NCBI RefSeq assembly: GCF_009914755.1
Contig: NC_060940.1
DNA: 64,000 nucleotides
Strand: one strand, 5' to 3'
From: the human T2T-CHM13v2.0 reference genome, Homo sapiens
The notes beneath the pieces are model-generated. The model made no database searches, was not told where the DNA came from, and saw only the letters and a list, made by a program, of their open reading frames with translations. Below are positions 63,438-64,000 of this stretch, piece after piece. The translations under genes and the position numbers were made by a program. The first letter of the stretch is position 1, and each line of letters opens with the position of its first letter.

Positions 63438-64000
63438 TAAGTAGCTGGGTTTGCAGGCACCCGCCACCCACGCCAGGCTAATTTTTGTATTTTTAGTAGA
63501 CATGGGGTTTCACCATATTATTGCTCTTTTTATAACAGATATTTTGAATGCCTCCTTTCTACCCTGAAATGAAATCCACAGAAACTATAACTTGCCAATA
63601 CACGGAATTTAAAAAAATCTACACGATACATATTGGATCATACAAGCATGAGAGATAAACTGAAGCAGAAAGGAAGTATGAAAATAAAAACAATTGGCAA
63701 TAAAGCAATATGAATTTCAAGATGTAAATTCTCAGGCACCGCTATGCTAGAAGACATAAAACACGAATGCTGTACTCACATGTAAATTTGCTGTCAACGC
63801 AGCAGGGACAAATGTCAGCAGCATCAGGAGCACTGTGGCTCAAATGCCAGGAGGGGATTTACTAAAATTGTGAGCCTCTCCTGGTTCCAGTTAGAACCCA
63901 GCACCTTCATCTGCATGGTAGTTTCATCTCTACAGATTTCAGAACTTATCAAAACTGGCCAAAGTGGCTGAGCGTGGTGGCTCATGCCTGTAATCCCAGC

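Overview
Human (or great-ape) genomic DNA, recognisable as chr16q24.2. The left half holds the 5' part of KLHDC4 on the minus strand: coding exons 1-5 with exact GT-AG boundaries, a CpG-island promoter at about 32.2-33.4 kb, and intron 5 running off the left edge. The right half is the Alu- and LTR-dense interval towards SLC7A5, which is outside the window (synteny recalled, not seen). Almost all ORFs in the supplied track are Alu or tandem-repeat artefacts. The main unexpected signal is a chain of about nine plus-strand exon-like blocks at 33.5-46.2 kb, head-to-head with KLHDC4. Most have canonical splice sites, their phases are compatible, the frames are protein-like with scattered stops, and four blocks are split by Alus, at least two of which restore the frame when removed. 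This looks like a decayed multi-exon protein-coding gene (candidate unitary pseudogene) whose product I cannot name. Its 3' part overlaps a CTCF-RFX-CTCF motif cluster and a pair of inverted ATF4/CEBP (CARE) motifs. Other observations: a ~2 kb minisatellite that arose inside an old L1, candidate in-frame and poison cassette exons in KLHDC4, and nested ERV LTRs. Repeat family names come from recalled consensus sequences and repeat boundaries are approximate.
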